Positions 1 to 10,264 of a DNA stretch of 64,000 nucleotides are shown here, one piece after another (positions within the stretch are counted from its first letter, which is position 1; every line of letters begins with the position of its first letter). The translations under genes were made by a program, and so were the position numbers. The notes under the pieces are model-generated. The model did not search any database. It saw only the letters and a list, made by a program, of their open reading frames with translations, and was not told the origin of the DNA. The DNA comes from Escherichia coli. Lineage in GTDB: Bacteria; Pseudomonadota; Gammaproteobacteria; Enterobacterales; Enterobacteriaceae. The stretch is taken from assembly GCF_003018255.1 (NCBI RefSeq), contig NZ_CP027440.1. One strand, 5' to 3'.

Positions 1-38
1 ATTTTAAATATCCACTATTAAGCCAGTGTTTAACGGCG

Positions 39-311
39 TTAAGATGGCAATGTGCAGATCATGTTATCAGAGTGGGGCGGTAGCGTATATTCCTTATACA
101 AACCATCATTCATTTCAATGATTGTTATTGAATTATTTATTGTTGTGAATAAAAAGACATTATGAATATTGGTTTGACTTTGCATATCAGGTTTTTTATT
201 ATTCGCTCTAATGTACGAGCCTGTCGTGAATAACGTCGAGAACCCATCCGTTGCGTTTGTGATTATTTTGTTGACTAAACAGACACCCGTTTCTCTGAAG
301 TAAAATCCCAT
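39..311 (-). CDS. hypothetical small protein (90 aa) in AT-rich DNA upstream of the first IS copy
   Basis: ORF track only; AT-rich, no recognisable motif; may be an orphan accessory remnant. Confidence 0.25.
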   Translation of the reverse strand: MGFYFRETGVCLVNKIITNATDGFSTLFTTGSYIRANNKKPDMQSQTNIHNVFLFTTINNSITIIEMNDGLYKEYTLPPHSDNMICTLPS

Positions 312-462
312 ACTAAATCATCACATAACCATGACATTTTTCTGATATTCCCCGGTAACGCCAGATGTCGACTCGCTTATCTCATCCGCCCGACATGTTG
401 TACATGCAATATGTGCGGATTATTATTCATTTTCACGGAGGTTGCTATGTCAACCGGATTAC

Positions 463-1753
463 CAGGGAAAGATCACGTAACGCTGCTTTTTTGCACTAAA
501 TAATTCGCATTTTATGTTTAAAAATTGAGATATTCCTCATTACCTGAAGCTGTTTTTTATTGCGTATACATGTTCAAATACTCCTTACATAATTAAGGAG
601 AACAAAATGGAACTTAAAAAATTGATGGAACATATTTCTGTTATCCCCGATTACAGACAAGCCTGGAAAGTGGAACATAAATTGTCGGATATTCTACTGT
701 TGACTATTTGTGCCGTTATTTCTGGTGCAGAAGGCTGGGAAGATATAGAGGATTTTGGGGAAACACATCTCGATTTTTTGAAGCAATATGGTGATTTTGA
801 AAATGGTATTCCTGTTCACGATACCATTGCCAGAGTTGTATCCTGTATCAGTCCTGCAAAATTTCACGAGTGCTTTATTAACTGGATGCGTGACTGCCAT
901 TCTTCAGATGATAAAGACGTTATTGCAATTGATGGAAAAACGCTCCGGCATTCTTATGACAAGAGTCGCCGCAGGGGAGCGATTCATGTCATTAGTGCGT
1001 TCTCAACAATGCACAGTCTGGTCATCGGACAGATCAGGACGGATGAGAAATCCAATGAGATCACAGCTATCCCAGAACTTCTTAACATGATGGATATTAA
1101 AGGAAAAATCATCACAACTGATGCGATGGGTTGCCAGAAAGATATCGCAGATAAGATACAAAAACAGGGCGGTGATTATTTATTCGCTGTAAAAGGAAAT
1201 CAGGGGCGGCTTAATAAAGCCTTTGAGGAAAATTTCCCACTGAAAGAATTAAATAATCCAGAGCATGACAGTTACGCAATTAGTGAAAAAAGTCACGGCA
1301 GAGAAGAAATCCGTCTTCATATTGTTTGCGATGTCCCTGATGAACTTATTGATTTCATGTTTGAATGGAAAGGTCTGAAGAAATTATGCGTGGCAGTCTC
1401 CTTTCGGTCAATAATAGCAGAACAAAAGAAAGAGCCAGAAATGACGGTCAGATATTATATCAGTTCTGCTGATTTAACCGCAGAGAAGTTCGCCACAGCA
1501 ATCCGAAACCACTGGCACGTGGAGAATAAGCTGCACTGGCGTCTGGACGTGGTAATGAATGAAGACGACTGCAAAATAAGAAGAGGAAATGCAGCAGAAT
1601 TATTTTCAGGGATACGGCACATCGCTATTAATATTTTAACGAATGATAATGTATTCAAGGCAGGGTTAAGACGTAAGATGCGAAAAGCAGCCATGGACAG
1701 AAACTACCTGGCGTCAGTCCTTGCGGGGAGCGGGCTTTCGTAATCTTTCCCTG
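463..1753 (+). mobile_element. ISAs1-family (H-repeat type) insertion sequence, copy 1, 1291 bp
   Basis: Imperfect terminal inverted repeats CAGGGAAAGATCACG (left, from 463) and CGTAATCTTTCCCTG (right, ending 1753); single 378-aa transposase ORF; near-identical second copy at 7125..8415. Confidence 0.8.
607..1743 (+). CDS. ISAs1-family DDE transposase (H-repeat-associated protein, YdcC/YhhI-like), 378 aa
   Basis: Protein begins [11 protein letters not shown] and carries the [13 protein letters not shown] region typical of H-rpt proteins; SD AAGGAG 7 nt upstream of ATG. Confidence 0.85.
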   Translation: MELKKLMEHISVIPDYRQAWKVEHKLSDILLLTICAVISGAEGWEDIEDFGETHLDFLKQYGDFENGIPVHDTIARVVSCISPAKFHECFINWMRDCHSSDDKDVIAIDGKTLRHSYDKSRRRGAIHVISAFSTMHSLVIGQIRTDEKSNEITAIPELLNMMDIKGKIITTDAMGCQKDIADKIQKQGGDYLFAVKGNQGRLNKAFEENFPLKELNNPEHDSYAISEKSHGREEIRLHIVCDVPDELIDFMFEWKGLKKLCVAVSFRSIIAEQKKEPEMTVRYYISSADLTAEKFATAIRNHWHVENKLHWRLDVVMNEDDCKIRRGNAAELFSGIRHIAINILTNDNVFKAGLRRKMRKAAMDRNYLASVLAGSGLS

Positions 1754-2359
1754 AACACCGAGGTGCTGAATAACCGCACCACGGATGTGATAAACAACCA
1801 TGCTGAGACCATCGGCAACAATCAGGTGATTGCGGTTACCAACAATCAGATACAGACGGTGGGCGTTAACCAGATAGAGACGGTGGGCAGTAACCAGATC
1901 ATTAAAGTGGGCTCTGTTCAGGTGGAAACGATTGGACTTGTTCGTGCGCTGACCGTGGGCGTGGCGTATCAGACGACGGTAGGTGGCATTATGAACACCT
2001 CGGTGGCCCTGATGCAGTCCTCGCAGATCGGTTTGCATAAATCGTTGATGGTCGGGCTGGGTTATGACGTCAAAGTCGGAAATAACGTTACCTTCACCGT
2101 TGGTAAAACGAAAAAGGATGATACCGGACAGACCGCGATTTACTCCGCCGGTGAGCATCTGGAACTCTGCTGTGGTAAGGCAAGGCTGGTGCTGACTAAG
2201 GACGGACAAATTTTTCTCAACGGCACAAAAATTCATTTGCAGGGTAAGGAGCAGGTTAATGGTGACTCACTGTTGATTAACTGGAACTGTGCAGCCTCGA
2301 AATCCCCACCGAAGACCCCTGATGAAAAGCAGGATACGCCGGATATGAGAGAGTACTGA
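1754..2359 (+). pseudogene. vgrG: vgrG 3' remnant (T6SS spike C-terminal repeat region), 5' part removed at the IS right end
   Basis: Translation shows VgrG-type repeats (VGVNQIETVGSNQIIKVGSVQVETIG); the track ORF start at 1721 lies inside the IS, so there is no native start. Confidence 0.65.
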
Positions 2360-2425
2360 TCCCGTACCTGTTCGGTATTCAGTAACAAACAAGCATTAAA
2401 AATAAACAGAAGAAGGAATTGAATC

Positions 2426-5400
2426 ATGAGCGGAAAACCAGCGGCGCGTCAGGGAGATATGACTCAGTATGGCGGTCCCATTGTCCAGGGTTCGGCAGGT
2501 GTAAGAATTGGCGCGCCCACCGGCGTGGCGTGCTCGGTGTGTCCGGGCGGGATGACTTCGGGCAACCCGGTAAATCCGCTGCTGGGGGCGAAGGTGCTGC
2601 CCGGCGAGACGGACCTTGCGCTGCCCGGCCCGCTGCCGTTCATTCTCTCCCGCACCTACAGCAGCTACCGGACGAAGACGCCTGCGCCGGTGGGGATTTT
2701 TGGCCCCGGCTGGAAAGCGCCTTCTGATATCCGCTTACAGATACGCGATGATGCACTGGTACTCAACGACAACGGCGGACGGAGCATTCACTTTGAGCCG
2801 CTGCTGCCGGGTGAGGCGGTGTACAGCCGCAGCGAGTCAATGTGGCTGGTGCGCGGTGGTAAGGCAGCGCAGCCGGACGGCCACACGCTGGGGCGGCTGT
2901 GGGGGGCGCTGCCGCCGGATATCCGGTTAAGCCCGCATCTTTACCTGGCGACCAGCAGCGCACAGGGACCGTGGTGGATACTGGGGTGGTCAGAGCGGGT
3001 GCCGGGTGCTGAGGACGTACTGCCAGCGCCGCTGCCGCCGTACCGGGTGCTGACGGGGCTGGCGGACCGCTTCGGGCGGACGCTGACGTACCGGCGTGAG
3101 GCCGCCGGCGACCTGGCCGGGGAAATCACCGGCGTGACGGACGGTGCCGGGCGTGAGTTCCGTCTGGTGCTGACCACGCAGGCGCAGCGTGCGGAAGAGG
3201 CCCGCACCTCTTCGCTATCTTCTTCTGACCGTCCCCGCCCTCTCTCAGTCTCAGCGTTCCCCGACACACTGCCCGGTACCGAATACGGCCCCGACAGGGG
3301 TATCCGCCTTTCGGCGGTGTGGCTGATGCACGACCCGGCATACCCGGAGAGCCTGCCCGGTGCGCCACTGGTGCGGTACACGTATACGGAAGCCGGTGAA
3401 CTGCTGGCGGTATATGACCGCAGCAATACGCAGGTGCGCGCTTTCACGTATGACGCGCAGCACCCGGGCCGGATGGTGGCGCACCGTTACGCGGGAAGGC
3501 CGGAGATGCGCTACCGCTACGACGATGCGGGGCGGGTGGTGGAGCAGCTGAACCCGGCAGGCCTGAGTTACCGCTACCAGTATGAGCAGGACCGCATCAC
3601 CGTCACCGACAGCCTGAACCGGCGTGAGGTGCTGCATACAGAAGGCGGGGCCGGGCTGAAGCGGGTGGTGAAAAAAGAACTGGCGGACGGCAGCGTCACG
3701 CACAGCGGGTATGACGCGGCAGGAAGGCTCACGGCACAGACGGACGCGGCGGGACGGCGGACAGAGTACGGCCTGAATGTGGTGTCCGGCGATATCACGG
3801 ATATCACCACGCCGGACGGGCGGGAGACGAAATTTTACTATAACGACGGGAACCAGTTAACGGCGGTGGTGTACCCGGACGGGCTGGAGAGCAGCCGGGC
3901 ATATGATGAGCTGGACAGACTGGTATCGGAGACATCGCGCAGCGGGGAGACAGTACGCTACCGCTACGATGACGTGCACAGTGAGTTACCGGCGACGACA
4001 ACGGATGCGACGGGCAGCACCCGGCAGATGACCTGGAGCCGCTACGGGCAGTTGCTGGCCTTCACCGACTGCTCGGGCTACCAGACCCGCTATGAATACG
4101 ACCGCTTCGGCCAGATGACGGCGGTTCACCGCGAGGAAGGTATCAGCCTTTACCGCCACTATGACAACCGTGGCCGGTTAACCTCGGTGAAAGACGCACA
4201 GGGCCGTGAAACGCAGTATGAGTACAACGCCGCAGGCGACCTGACTGCCGTTATCACCCCGGACGGCAACCGGAGCGAGACACAGTACGATGCGTGGGGA
4301 AAGGCGGTCAGCACCACGCAGGGCGGGCTGACGCGCAGTATGGAGTACGATGCTGCCGGACGTGTCATCAGCCTGACCAACGAGAACGGCAGTCACAGCG
4401 ACTTCAGCTACGATGCGCTGGACCGCCTGGTACAGCAGGGCGGCTTTGACGGGCGGACGCAACGTTATCATTATGACCTGACCGGAAAACTCACGCAGAG
4501 TGAAGATGAGGGGCTTGTCATCCTCTGGTACTACGATGAATCGGACCGTATCACTCACCGCACGGTGAACGGCGAACCGGCAGAGCAGTGGCAGTATGAT
4601 GGCCACGGCTGGCTGAGAGAAATCAGCCACCTGAGCGAAGGCCACCGTGTTGCCGTCCACTATGGCTACGACGATAAGGGCCGTCTGACCGGGGAGCGCC
4701 AGACGGTGGAGAACCCGGAGACGGGGGAACTGCTGTGGCAGCATGAGACGAAACAGGCATACAACGAACAGGGGCTGGCAAACCGCGTCACGCCGGACAG
4801 CCTGCCGCCGGTGGAGTGGCTGGCCTATGGCAGCGGTTATCTGGCGGGCATGAAGCTGGGCGGGACGCCGCTGCTGGAGTACATGCGGGACAGACTGCAC
4901 CGGGAGACGGTGCGCAGCTTCGGCAGCATGGCAGGCAATACAGCCGCATATGAACTGACCAGCACTTACACCCCCGCAGGCCAGTTACAGAGCCGGCACC
5001 TGAACAGCCTGGTGTTTGATTGTGACTATAACTGGAATGACAACGGCGACCTGATGCGCATCAGCGGCCCGCGACAGACGCGGGAATACGGCTACAGCGC
5101 CACGGGCAGGCTGGAGAGCGTGCGCACCCTCGCACCGGACCTGGACATCCGCATCCCGTATGCCACCGACCCGGCGGGCAACCGGCTGCCGGACCCGGAG
5201 CTGCACCCGGACAGTACACTCACAGTGTGGCCGGATAACCGAATCACCGAAGACGCGCACTACCTGTACCGTTACGATGAATACGGCAGGCTGGCGGAGA
5301 AGACGGACCGCATCCCGGCGGGTGTGATACGGACGGACGACGAGCGGACCCACCACTACCACTACGACAGCCAGCACCGCCTGGTGTTCTATACGCGGAT

Positions 5401-6586
5401 ACAGCATGGCGAGCCACTGGTCGAGAGCCGCTACCTTTACGACCCGCTGGGCCGCCGGACGGGTAAACGGGTATGGCGGCGGGAGCGTGACCTGACGGGG
5501 TGGATGTCGCTGTCGCGTAAACCGGAGGTGACGTGGTACGGCTGGGACGGCGACCACCTGACGACGGTGCAGACCGACACCACGCGTATCCAGACGGTAT
5601 ATCAGCCGGGGAGCTTCGCGCCGCTCATCCGCATCGAAACAGACAACGGTGAGCGGGAGAAAGCGCAGCGCCGCAGCCTGGCGGAGAAGCTGCAGCAGGA
5701 AGGGAGCGAGGACGGGCACGGCGTGGTATTTCCGGCTGAACTGGTGCGGCTGCTGGACAGACTGGAGGAAGAAATCCGGGCAGACCGCGTGAGCAGTGAA
5801 AGCCGGGCGTGGCTTGCGCAGTGCGGGCTGACGGTGGAGCAACTGGAAAAACAGGTGGAGCCGGAATACACACCGGCGCGAAAAGTTCATCTTTACCACT
5901 GCGACCACCGGGGACTGCCGCTGGCGCTTATCAGCGAAGACGGCAATACGGTGTGGAGCGCGGAGTATGATGAATGGGGAAACCTGCTTAATGAGGAGAA
6001 CCCGCATCATGTGTATCAGTCATACCGTCTGCCGGGGCAGCAGCATGATGAGGAGTCGGGGCTGTACTACAACCGGAACCGGTACTACGATCCGTTGCAG
6101 GGGCGGTATATCATCCAGGACCCGATAGGGCTGGCGGGGGGAATAAACCCGTACAGTTATGTTATGAACAATCCTGTGCAATGGATTGATCCATTGGGAT
6201 TAGCTCATACTTCAGGAAAATGGAAGGACTGTGGTAAAGGTTGTCGAATCCGAATAGATGGCGATGCTGTTGGTGACGGAAGACATTTGCATTGGGAGTG
6301 TAAAAATGGGAGTGGTGTAATGGGGGAATTTGGAGGTATGTCCCATGGTGAGGATTACTCATCAGCACCAAATAGCATTAAGAAATGTGCAAAAAAATAT
6401 GGTTTCGAGCCAGAACCAAGTAAAGATCTGTCATGCAAAACCTCCGGGCTATCAACTACTGATGCGGCTCTTGCAACTGGTGCTACAATTGGCGCAGGGT
6501 ATGTTATATATAGAGTGATTCGATTTATACCTTCACTTGCACCACCTCTTTGGTGGTCAATACCTGCAAACGTTGTTACTCCATGA
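2426..6586 (+). CDS. rhsE: Rhs family polymorphic toxin, full length (1386 aa): N-terminal domain, YD-repeat shell, PxxxxDPxGL motifs, divergent C-terminal tip
   Basis: N-terminus [31 protein letters not shown] and many YD repeats; DPIGLAGG at ~6120-6140 and WIDPLGL at ~6184-6204; GC-rich core then AT-rich ~125-aa tip; SD GAAGAAGGA upstream. Symbol is by position only. Confidence 0.85.
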   Translation: MSGKPAARQGDMTQYGGPIVQGSAGVRIGAPTGVACSVCPGGMTSGNPVNPLLGAKVLPGETDLALPGPLPFILSRTYSSYRTKTPAPVGIFGPGWKAPSDIRLQIRDDALVLNDNGGRSIHFEPLLPGEAVYSRSESMWLVRGGKAAQPDGHTLGRLWGALPPDIRLSPHLYLATSSAQGPWWILGWSERVPGAEDVLPAPLPPYRVLTGLADRFGRTLTYRREAAGDLAGEITGVTDGAGREFRLVLTTQAQRAEEARTSSLSSSDRPRPLSVSAFPDTLPGTEYGPDRGIRLSAVWLMHDPAYPESLPGAPLVRYTYTEAGELLAVYDRSNTQVRAFTYDAQHPGRMVAHRYAGRPEMRYRYDDAGRVVEQLNPAGLSYRYQYEQDRITVTDSLNRREVLHTEGGAGLKRVVKKELADGSVTHSGYDAAGRLTAQTDAAGRRTEYGLNVVSGDITDITTPDGRETKFYYNDGNQLTAVVYPDGLESSRAYDELDRLVSETSRSGETVRYRYDDVHSELPATTTDATGSTRQMTWSRYGQLLAFTDCSGYQTRYEYDRFGQMTAVHREEGISLYRHYDNRGRLTSVKDAQGRETQYEYNAAGDLTAVITPDGNRSETQYDAWGKAVSTTQGGLTRSMEYDAAGRVISLTNENGSHSDFSYDALDRLVQQGGFDGRTQRYHYDLTGKLTQSEDEGLVILWYYDESDRITHRTVNGEPAEQWQYDGHGWLREISHLSEGHRVAVHYGYDDKGRLTGERQTVENPETGELLWQHETKQAYNEQGLANRVTPDSLPPVEWLAYGSGYLAGMKLGGTPLLEYMRDRLHRETVRSFGSMAGNTAAYELTSTYTPAGQLQSRHLNSLVFDCDYNWNDNGDLMRISGPRQTREYGYSATGRLESVRTLAPDLDIRIPYATDPAGNRLPDPELHPDSTLTVWPDNRITEDAHYLYRYDEYGRLAEKTDRIPAGVIRTDDERTHHYHYDSQHRLVFYTRIQHGEPLVESRYLYDPLGRRTGKRVWRRERDLTGWMSLSRKPEVTWYGWDGDHLTTVQTDTTRIQTVYQPGSFAPLIRIETDNGEREKAQRRSLAEKLQQEGSEDGHGVVFPAELVRLLDRLEEEIRADRVSSESRAWLAQCGLTVEQLEKQVEPEYTPARKVHLYHCDHRGLPLALISEDGNTVWSAEYDEWGNLLNEENPHHVYQSYRLPGQQHDEESGLYYNRNRYYDPLQGRYIIQDPIGLAGGINPYSYVMNNPVQWIDPLGLAHTSGKWKDCGKGCRIRIDGDAVGDGRHLHWECKNGSGVMGEFGGMSHGEDYSSAPNSIKKCAKKYGFEPEPSKDLSCKTSGLSTTDAALATGATIGAGYVIYRVIRFIPSLAPPLWWSIPANVVTP

Positions 6587-6957
6587 TTAAAACGGATAAT
6601 GGAGATTATATAATGAGCGATTTTGACATTGTGAGTTCAATTGACTGGCATGATGGGGTTTTGTTAGAAGTAAAAACGACATTCAAAGAATCTCATTTTA
6701 ACATGACGTTATTTATTGACATTTATAAAAATGAGAACATTAGGGAAAAAATGATAGTTGAATTTTCTGATGTAGATGATTTAGTGTTCGCTATGGATTC
6801 TGCTGAGTTAATCGATAATCACAAGTCAGGTAATATAAGTAATGGGTATGTAAAGAAATTAAAAAACAAAAGGATATATAAATTTTTTCTTTATTTTTCT
6901 GATGGCTTATTAAGCATGACATTTAAAAATTTACAATTAATAAAACCATTAGAGTAA
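6583..6957 (+). CDS. putative cognate Rhs immunity protein (RhsI-like, ~124 aa)
   Basis: ATG overlaps the rhs TGA stop (ATGA) around 6583-6586; AT-rich like the toxin tip; no hydrophobic segment. Start could instead be 6550 or 6613. Confidence 0.6.
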   Translation: MIKTDNGDYIMSDFDIVSSIDWHDGVLLEVKTTFKESHFNMTLFIDIYKNENIREKMIVEFSDVDDLVFAMDSAELIDNHKSGNISNGYVKKLKNKRIYKFFLYFSDGLLSMTFKNLQLIKPLE

Positions 6958-6995
6958 CCAAATAAAAGGACTGGAGGAATCAGGGGAAGATCATT

Positions 6996-7021
6996 AAAGT
7001 TGTGATTATCATCACAACTTT
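6996..7021. repeat. perfect 11-bp inverted repeat AAAGTTGTGAT-TATC-ATCACAACTTT
   Basis: Read directly; lies ~40 bp after the immunity stop; terminator-like or protein-binding palindrome. Confidence 0.5.
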
Positions 7022-7124
7022 AATCTTGGTTTCACCTTGTTGATTTGATTAAAATTTAATCGCCAAATAATTAAATATATTAGAAAAGGACGTCTGGTGA
7101 ACATTCAAAGTCTTCTTGAGCATA

Positions 7125-8415
7125 CAGGGAAAGATCATCAGAAGTACACTTTTTGTACTAAATAATTCGCATTTTATGTTTAAAAATTGAGATATTCCTC
7201 ATTACCTAAAGCTGTTTTTTATTGCTTATACATGATCAAATACTCCTTACATAATTAAGGAGAACAAAATGGAACTTAAAAAATTGATGGGACATATTTC
7301 TATTATCCCCGATTACAGACAAACCTGGAAAGTGGAACATAAATTGTCAGATATTCTACTGTTGATTATTAGTGCCGTTATTTCTGGTGCAGAAGGCTGG
7401 GAAGATATAGAGGATTTTGGGGAAACACATCTCGATTTTTTAAAGCAATATGGTGATTTTAAAAATGGTATTCCTGTTCACGATACCATTGCCAGAGTTG
7501 TATCCTGTATCAGTCCTGCAAAATTTCACGAGTGCTTTATTAACTGGATGCGTGACTGCCATTCTTCAGATGATAAAGACGTCATTGCAATTGATGGAAA
7601 AACGCTCCGGCATTCTTATGACAAGAGTCGTCGCAGGGGAGCGATTCATGTCATTAGTGCATTCTCAACAATGCACAGTCTGGTCATCGGACAGATCAGG
7701 ACGGATGAGAAATCTAATGAGATTACAGCTATCCCTGAACTTCTTAACATGCTGGACATTAAAGGAAAAATTATCACAACTGATGCGATGGGTTGCCAGA
7801 AAGATATTGCAGAGAAGATACAAAAACAGGGAGGTGATTATTTATTCTCTGTAAAAGGAAACCCGGGGCGGCTGAATAAAGCTTTTGAGGAAAAATTTCC
7901 ACTGAAAGAATTAAATAATCCAGAGCATGACAGTTACGCAATTAGTGAAAAGAGTCACGGCAGAGAAGAAATCCGTCTTCACATTGTTTGCGATGTCCCT
8001 GATGAACTTATTGATTTCACGTTTGAATGGAAAGGTCTGAAGAAATTATGCGTGGCAGTCTCCTTTCGGTCAATAATAGCAGAACAAAAGAAAGAGCCAG
8101 AAATGACGGTCAGATATTATATCAGTTCTGCTGATTTAACCGCAGAGATGTTCGCCACAGCAATCCGAAACCACTGGCACGTGGAGAATAAGCTGCACTG
8201 GCGTCTGGACGTGGTAATGAATGAAGACGACTGCAAAATAAGAAGAGGAAACGCCGCAGAATTATTTTCAGGGATACGGCACATCGCTATTAATATTTTA
8301 ACGAATGATAAGGTATTCAAGGCAGGGTTAAGACGTAAGATGCGAAAAGCAGCCATGGACAAAAACTATCTGGCGTCAGTCCTTGCGGGGAGCGGGCTTT
8401 CGTAATCTTTCCCTG
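7125..8415 (+). mobile_element. ISAs1-family (H-repeat type) insertion sequence, copy 2, 1291 bp, same orientation as copy 1
   Basis: Same terminal repeats (CAGGGAAAGATCA ... CGTAATCTTTCCCTG) and same length as copy 1; internal sequence near-identical with scattered substitutions. Confidence 0.8.
7269..8405 (+). CDS. ISAs1-family DDE transposase (H-repeat-associated protein), 378 aa, copy 2
   Basis: Same length and register as 607..1743 with several substitutions (e.g. [15 protein letters not shown] vs [15 protein letters not shown]). Confidence 0.85.
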   Translation: MELKKLMGHISIIPDYRQTWKVEHKLSDILLLIISAVISGAEGWEDIEDFGETHLDFLKQYGDFKNGIPVHDTIARVVSCISPAKFHECFINWMRDCHSSDDKDVIAIDGKTLRHSYDKSRRRGAIHVISAFSTMHSLVIGQIRTDEKSNEITAIPELLNMLDIKGKIITTDAMGCQKDIAEKIQKQGGDYLFSVKGNPGRLNKAFEEKFPLKELNNPEHDSYAISEKSHGREEIRLHIVCDVPDELIDFTFEWKGLKKLCVAVSFRSIIAEQKKEPEMTVRYYISSADLTAEMFATAIRNHWHVENKLHWRLDVVMNEDDCKIRRGNAAELFSGIRHIAINILTNDKVFKAGLRRKMRKAAMDKNYLASVLAGSGLS

Positions 8416-8419
8416 TATT

Positions 8420-8707
8420 GTGAAATCATCAAGAGTACATATAGATCATGATAAAGATATTTTTGATGGCCTTGACAAAATCTTGGCTTTTTCCGATAAA
8501 AATAAGCATGAGTATTTTTTATATATAAAGGCATATTGGCTCAGTTTATACTTTTGTGAAATTTCTCAGAAAGTGAGAGAAAGAGATAAGTTGTCATTTT
8601 ATTATGATGAATTTTCTGTCCGATTTCCTAATGTTGTCCTATATCCGACATACTTCCAATTGCATGGTTTAGCATCTGAAAAGTCATTGTTAATTCGAGA
8701 CGCTTGA
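8420..8707 (+). pseudogene. AT-rich ORF abutting the IS right end; possible orphan Rhs immunity remnant
   Basis: 95-aa ORF begins 5 bp after the IS end; composition resembles the immunity gene; no convincing native start context. Confidence 0.3.
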
Positions 8708-8986
8708 TTGTCCACTATATCAAAATAGTCATGCCCCGGAATTTTCTCACATTAGTCCATAAGGGATTCAATTTTTGTAATTGCACCCTGAAAAAACCGC
8801 AAAAGTGCTTTGTCGTGTCCTGTCGCAATGAAGTCTGGTGTTAATGTTATACTTTAATTGATATTTAAAGAGATGGCTTCTTTGCTTATATAAATACCCA
8901 TCTATTCTTTCTCAAAAATATTGGCTCAGATTAACCATGTTCCACGCAAACAATTTTCAAACATTCATCAATAGATAAGGAATTCC

Positions 8987-9454
8987 ATGATTATACGACC
9001 AGTCAAACCTTCAGATGTTGAACCATTACTGGATATGCTGCTTGCCAGTGGACAATTTAATCAAGATGGCCTTCATCATGTACAAAAAACACTAACACAT
9101 TATTTCTCAGGTCAATCTGCCGATTTATGGTTTAGTGCAGAACACTTAGGACTGGCAGGGATTGCCTATTGCGCTCCTGAAGTGATGACAAATGATGTCT
9201 GGAATTTATTAATGCACTGGATCAGTCCTTCCCATCAGCGCCAGGGAGTGGGACATCTGCTGATTAACGAAATAGAAAAGGAGCTCACAATTAAACAGGC
9301 AAGACTACTTTTAGTAGAGACCTCCAGCTATGTCGATTTTAGTGCCGCCCGCGCATTTTATACATAACAGGGCTTTATCAATGAAGCTATAATACGCAAT
9401 TACTATGATGTTGGTGAGGATAAATTAATCTTCACTAAAAATATGCAATCGTGA
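8987..9454 (+). pseudogene. GNAT-family N-acetyltransferase with an in-frame TAA (9365-9367); reading frame continues 28 codons to TGA at 9452-9454
   Basis: SD AAGG 7 nt upstream; acetyl-CoA motif QRQGVGH; the stop sits where GNAT motif B expects a lysine (AFYT-stop-QGF). Confidence 0.65.
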
Positions 9455-9520
9455 GATAAAATATGCTTTTAACTCATATTGAAACATTGCTTAAGCAACT
9501 TGGTTGCTGCATATGATTCT

Positions 9521-10090
9521 TTAGCCCGCGGTGACTCGCTTGCCGCTGGTAACAAACGTGCCAGCGCCTAAATGATGCAACGTATTGAGCTTATCATCAT
9601 CAAACTGCCAGCGGCCTTCGACAAATACCCGTGCGTCTGCCGCTGCTGATACCACTTCGCCAAACAGCGTGTCGTATTTCTCTTGCGCGGAAGTCGCTGG
9701 TAGCAATCGGCACTCCATCCACGCCAGACATTTCTCTTCAACAAGTGGCAAACCAAGCACCGGACCTTTCACCACCGGAATGCCATAGCAATAAAATTTA
9801 TCCTCTTCACGCCCAGATACACTTCCCACTGCCCACGTCCAGTTAGTCGCTGCAACGCCTGGGATAACGATGCCAAATTTACCGTTACGCTCAATCAACT
9901 CCCTGGTCCATGTCGACTTATCTACCACAATCGCCACGCGTGGAGGTTCAAACTCCACCGGCATTGACCAGGCTGCAGCCATAATGTTACGCCGCTGGGA
10001 TTGCTCATCGAAACTGGTGATCAAGACAGTTGGGCCATGATTTAACAGACGGCTGGCATGGTGTAATTCGACGGGAATGAATTGGCTCAC
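9521..10090 (-). CDS. yddH: flavin reductase-like protein YddH (189 aa)
   Basis: Full-length ORF; sequence recalled as K-12 YddH. Confidence 0.8.
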   Translation of the reverse strand: MSQFIPVELHHASRLLNHGPTVLITSFDEQSQRRNIMAAAWSMPVEFEPPRVAIVVDKSTWTRELIERNGKFGIVIPGVAATNWTWAVGSVSGREEDKFYCYGIPVVKGPVLGLPLVEEKCLAWMECRLLPATSAQEKYDTLFGEVVSAAADARVFVEGRWQFDDDKLNTLHHLGAGTFVTSGKRVTAG

Positions 10091-10264
10091 GATATCGCCT
10101 CGCTATGAAGGGTGTTTTAAAAGCGTAGCTCGTAACGCAATAAGTAACGAAATTAACGGGATTGGCGATTTGCGAACGTGATGCATGTCCGCGATCGCAC
10201 AAAATAGCCGGTGCGGCGTCTATTCCAGGTTATAAGTTGAGAAAACCACTAAGGGAAACGCCTG

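Noticed and set aside
788-1090. Internal plus-strand ORFs within both transposase genes (788..1090, 7450..7854)
   Set aside because: Alternative-frame ORFs nested in the transposase coding sequence, duplicated only because the IS is duplicated.
1721-1753. ORF-track start of the vgrG-like ORF at 1721
   Set aside because: That start lies inside the IS right end; the VgrG-like sequence only begins after 1753, so it is not a genuine initiation site.
4985-6010. 341-aa minus-strand ORF (and several other 60-240-aa ORFs) inside the rhs gene
   Set aside because: Antisense to a well-supported GC-rich coding region; long spurious frames are expected at high GC content, and the sequence is Arg/Ala/Pro/Val-rich.
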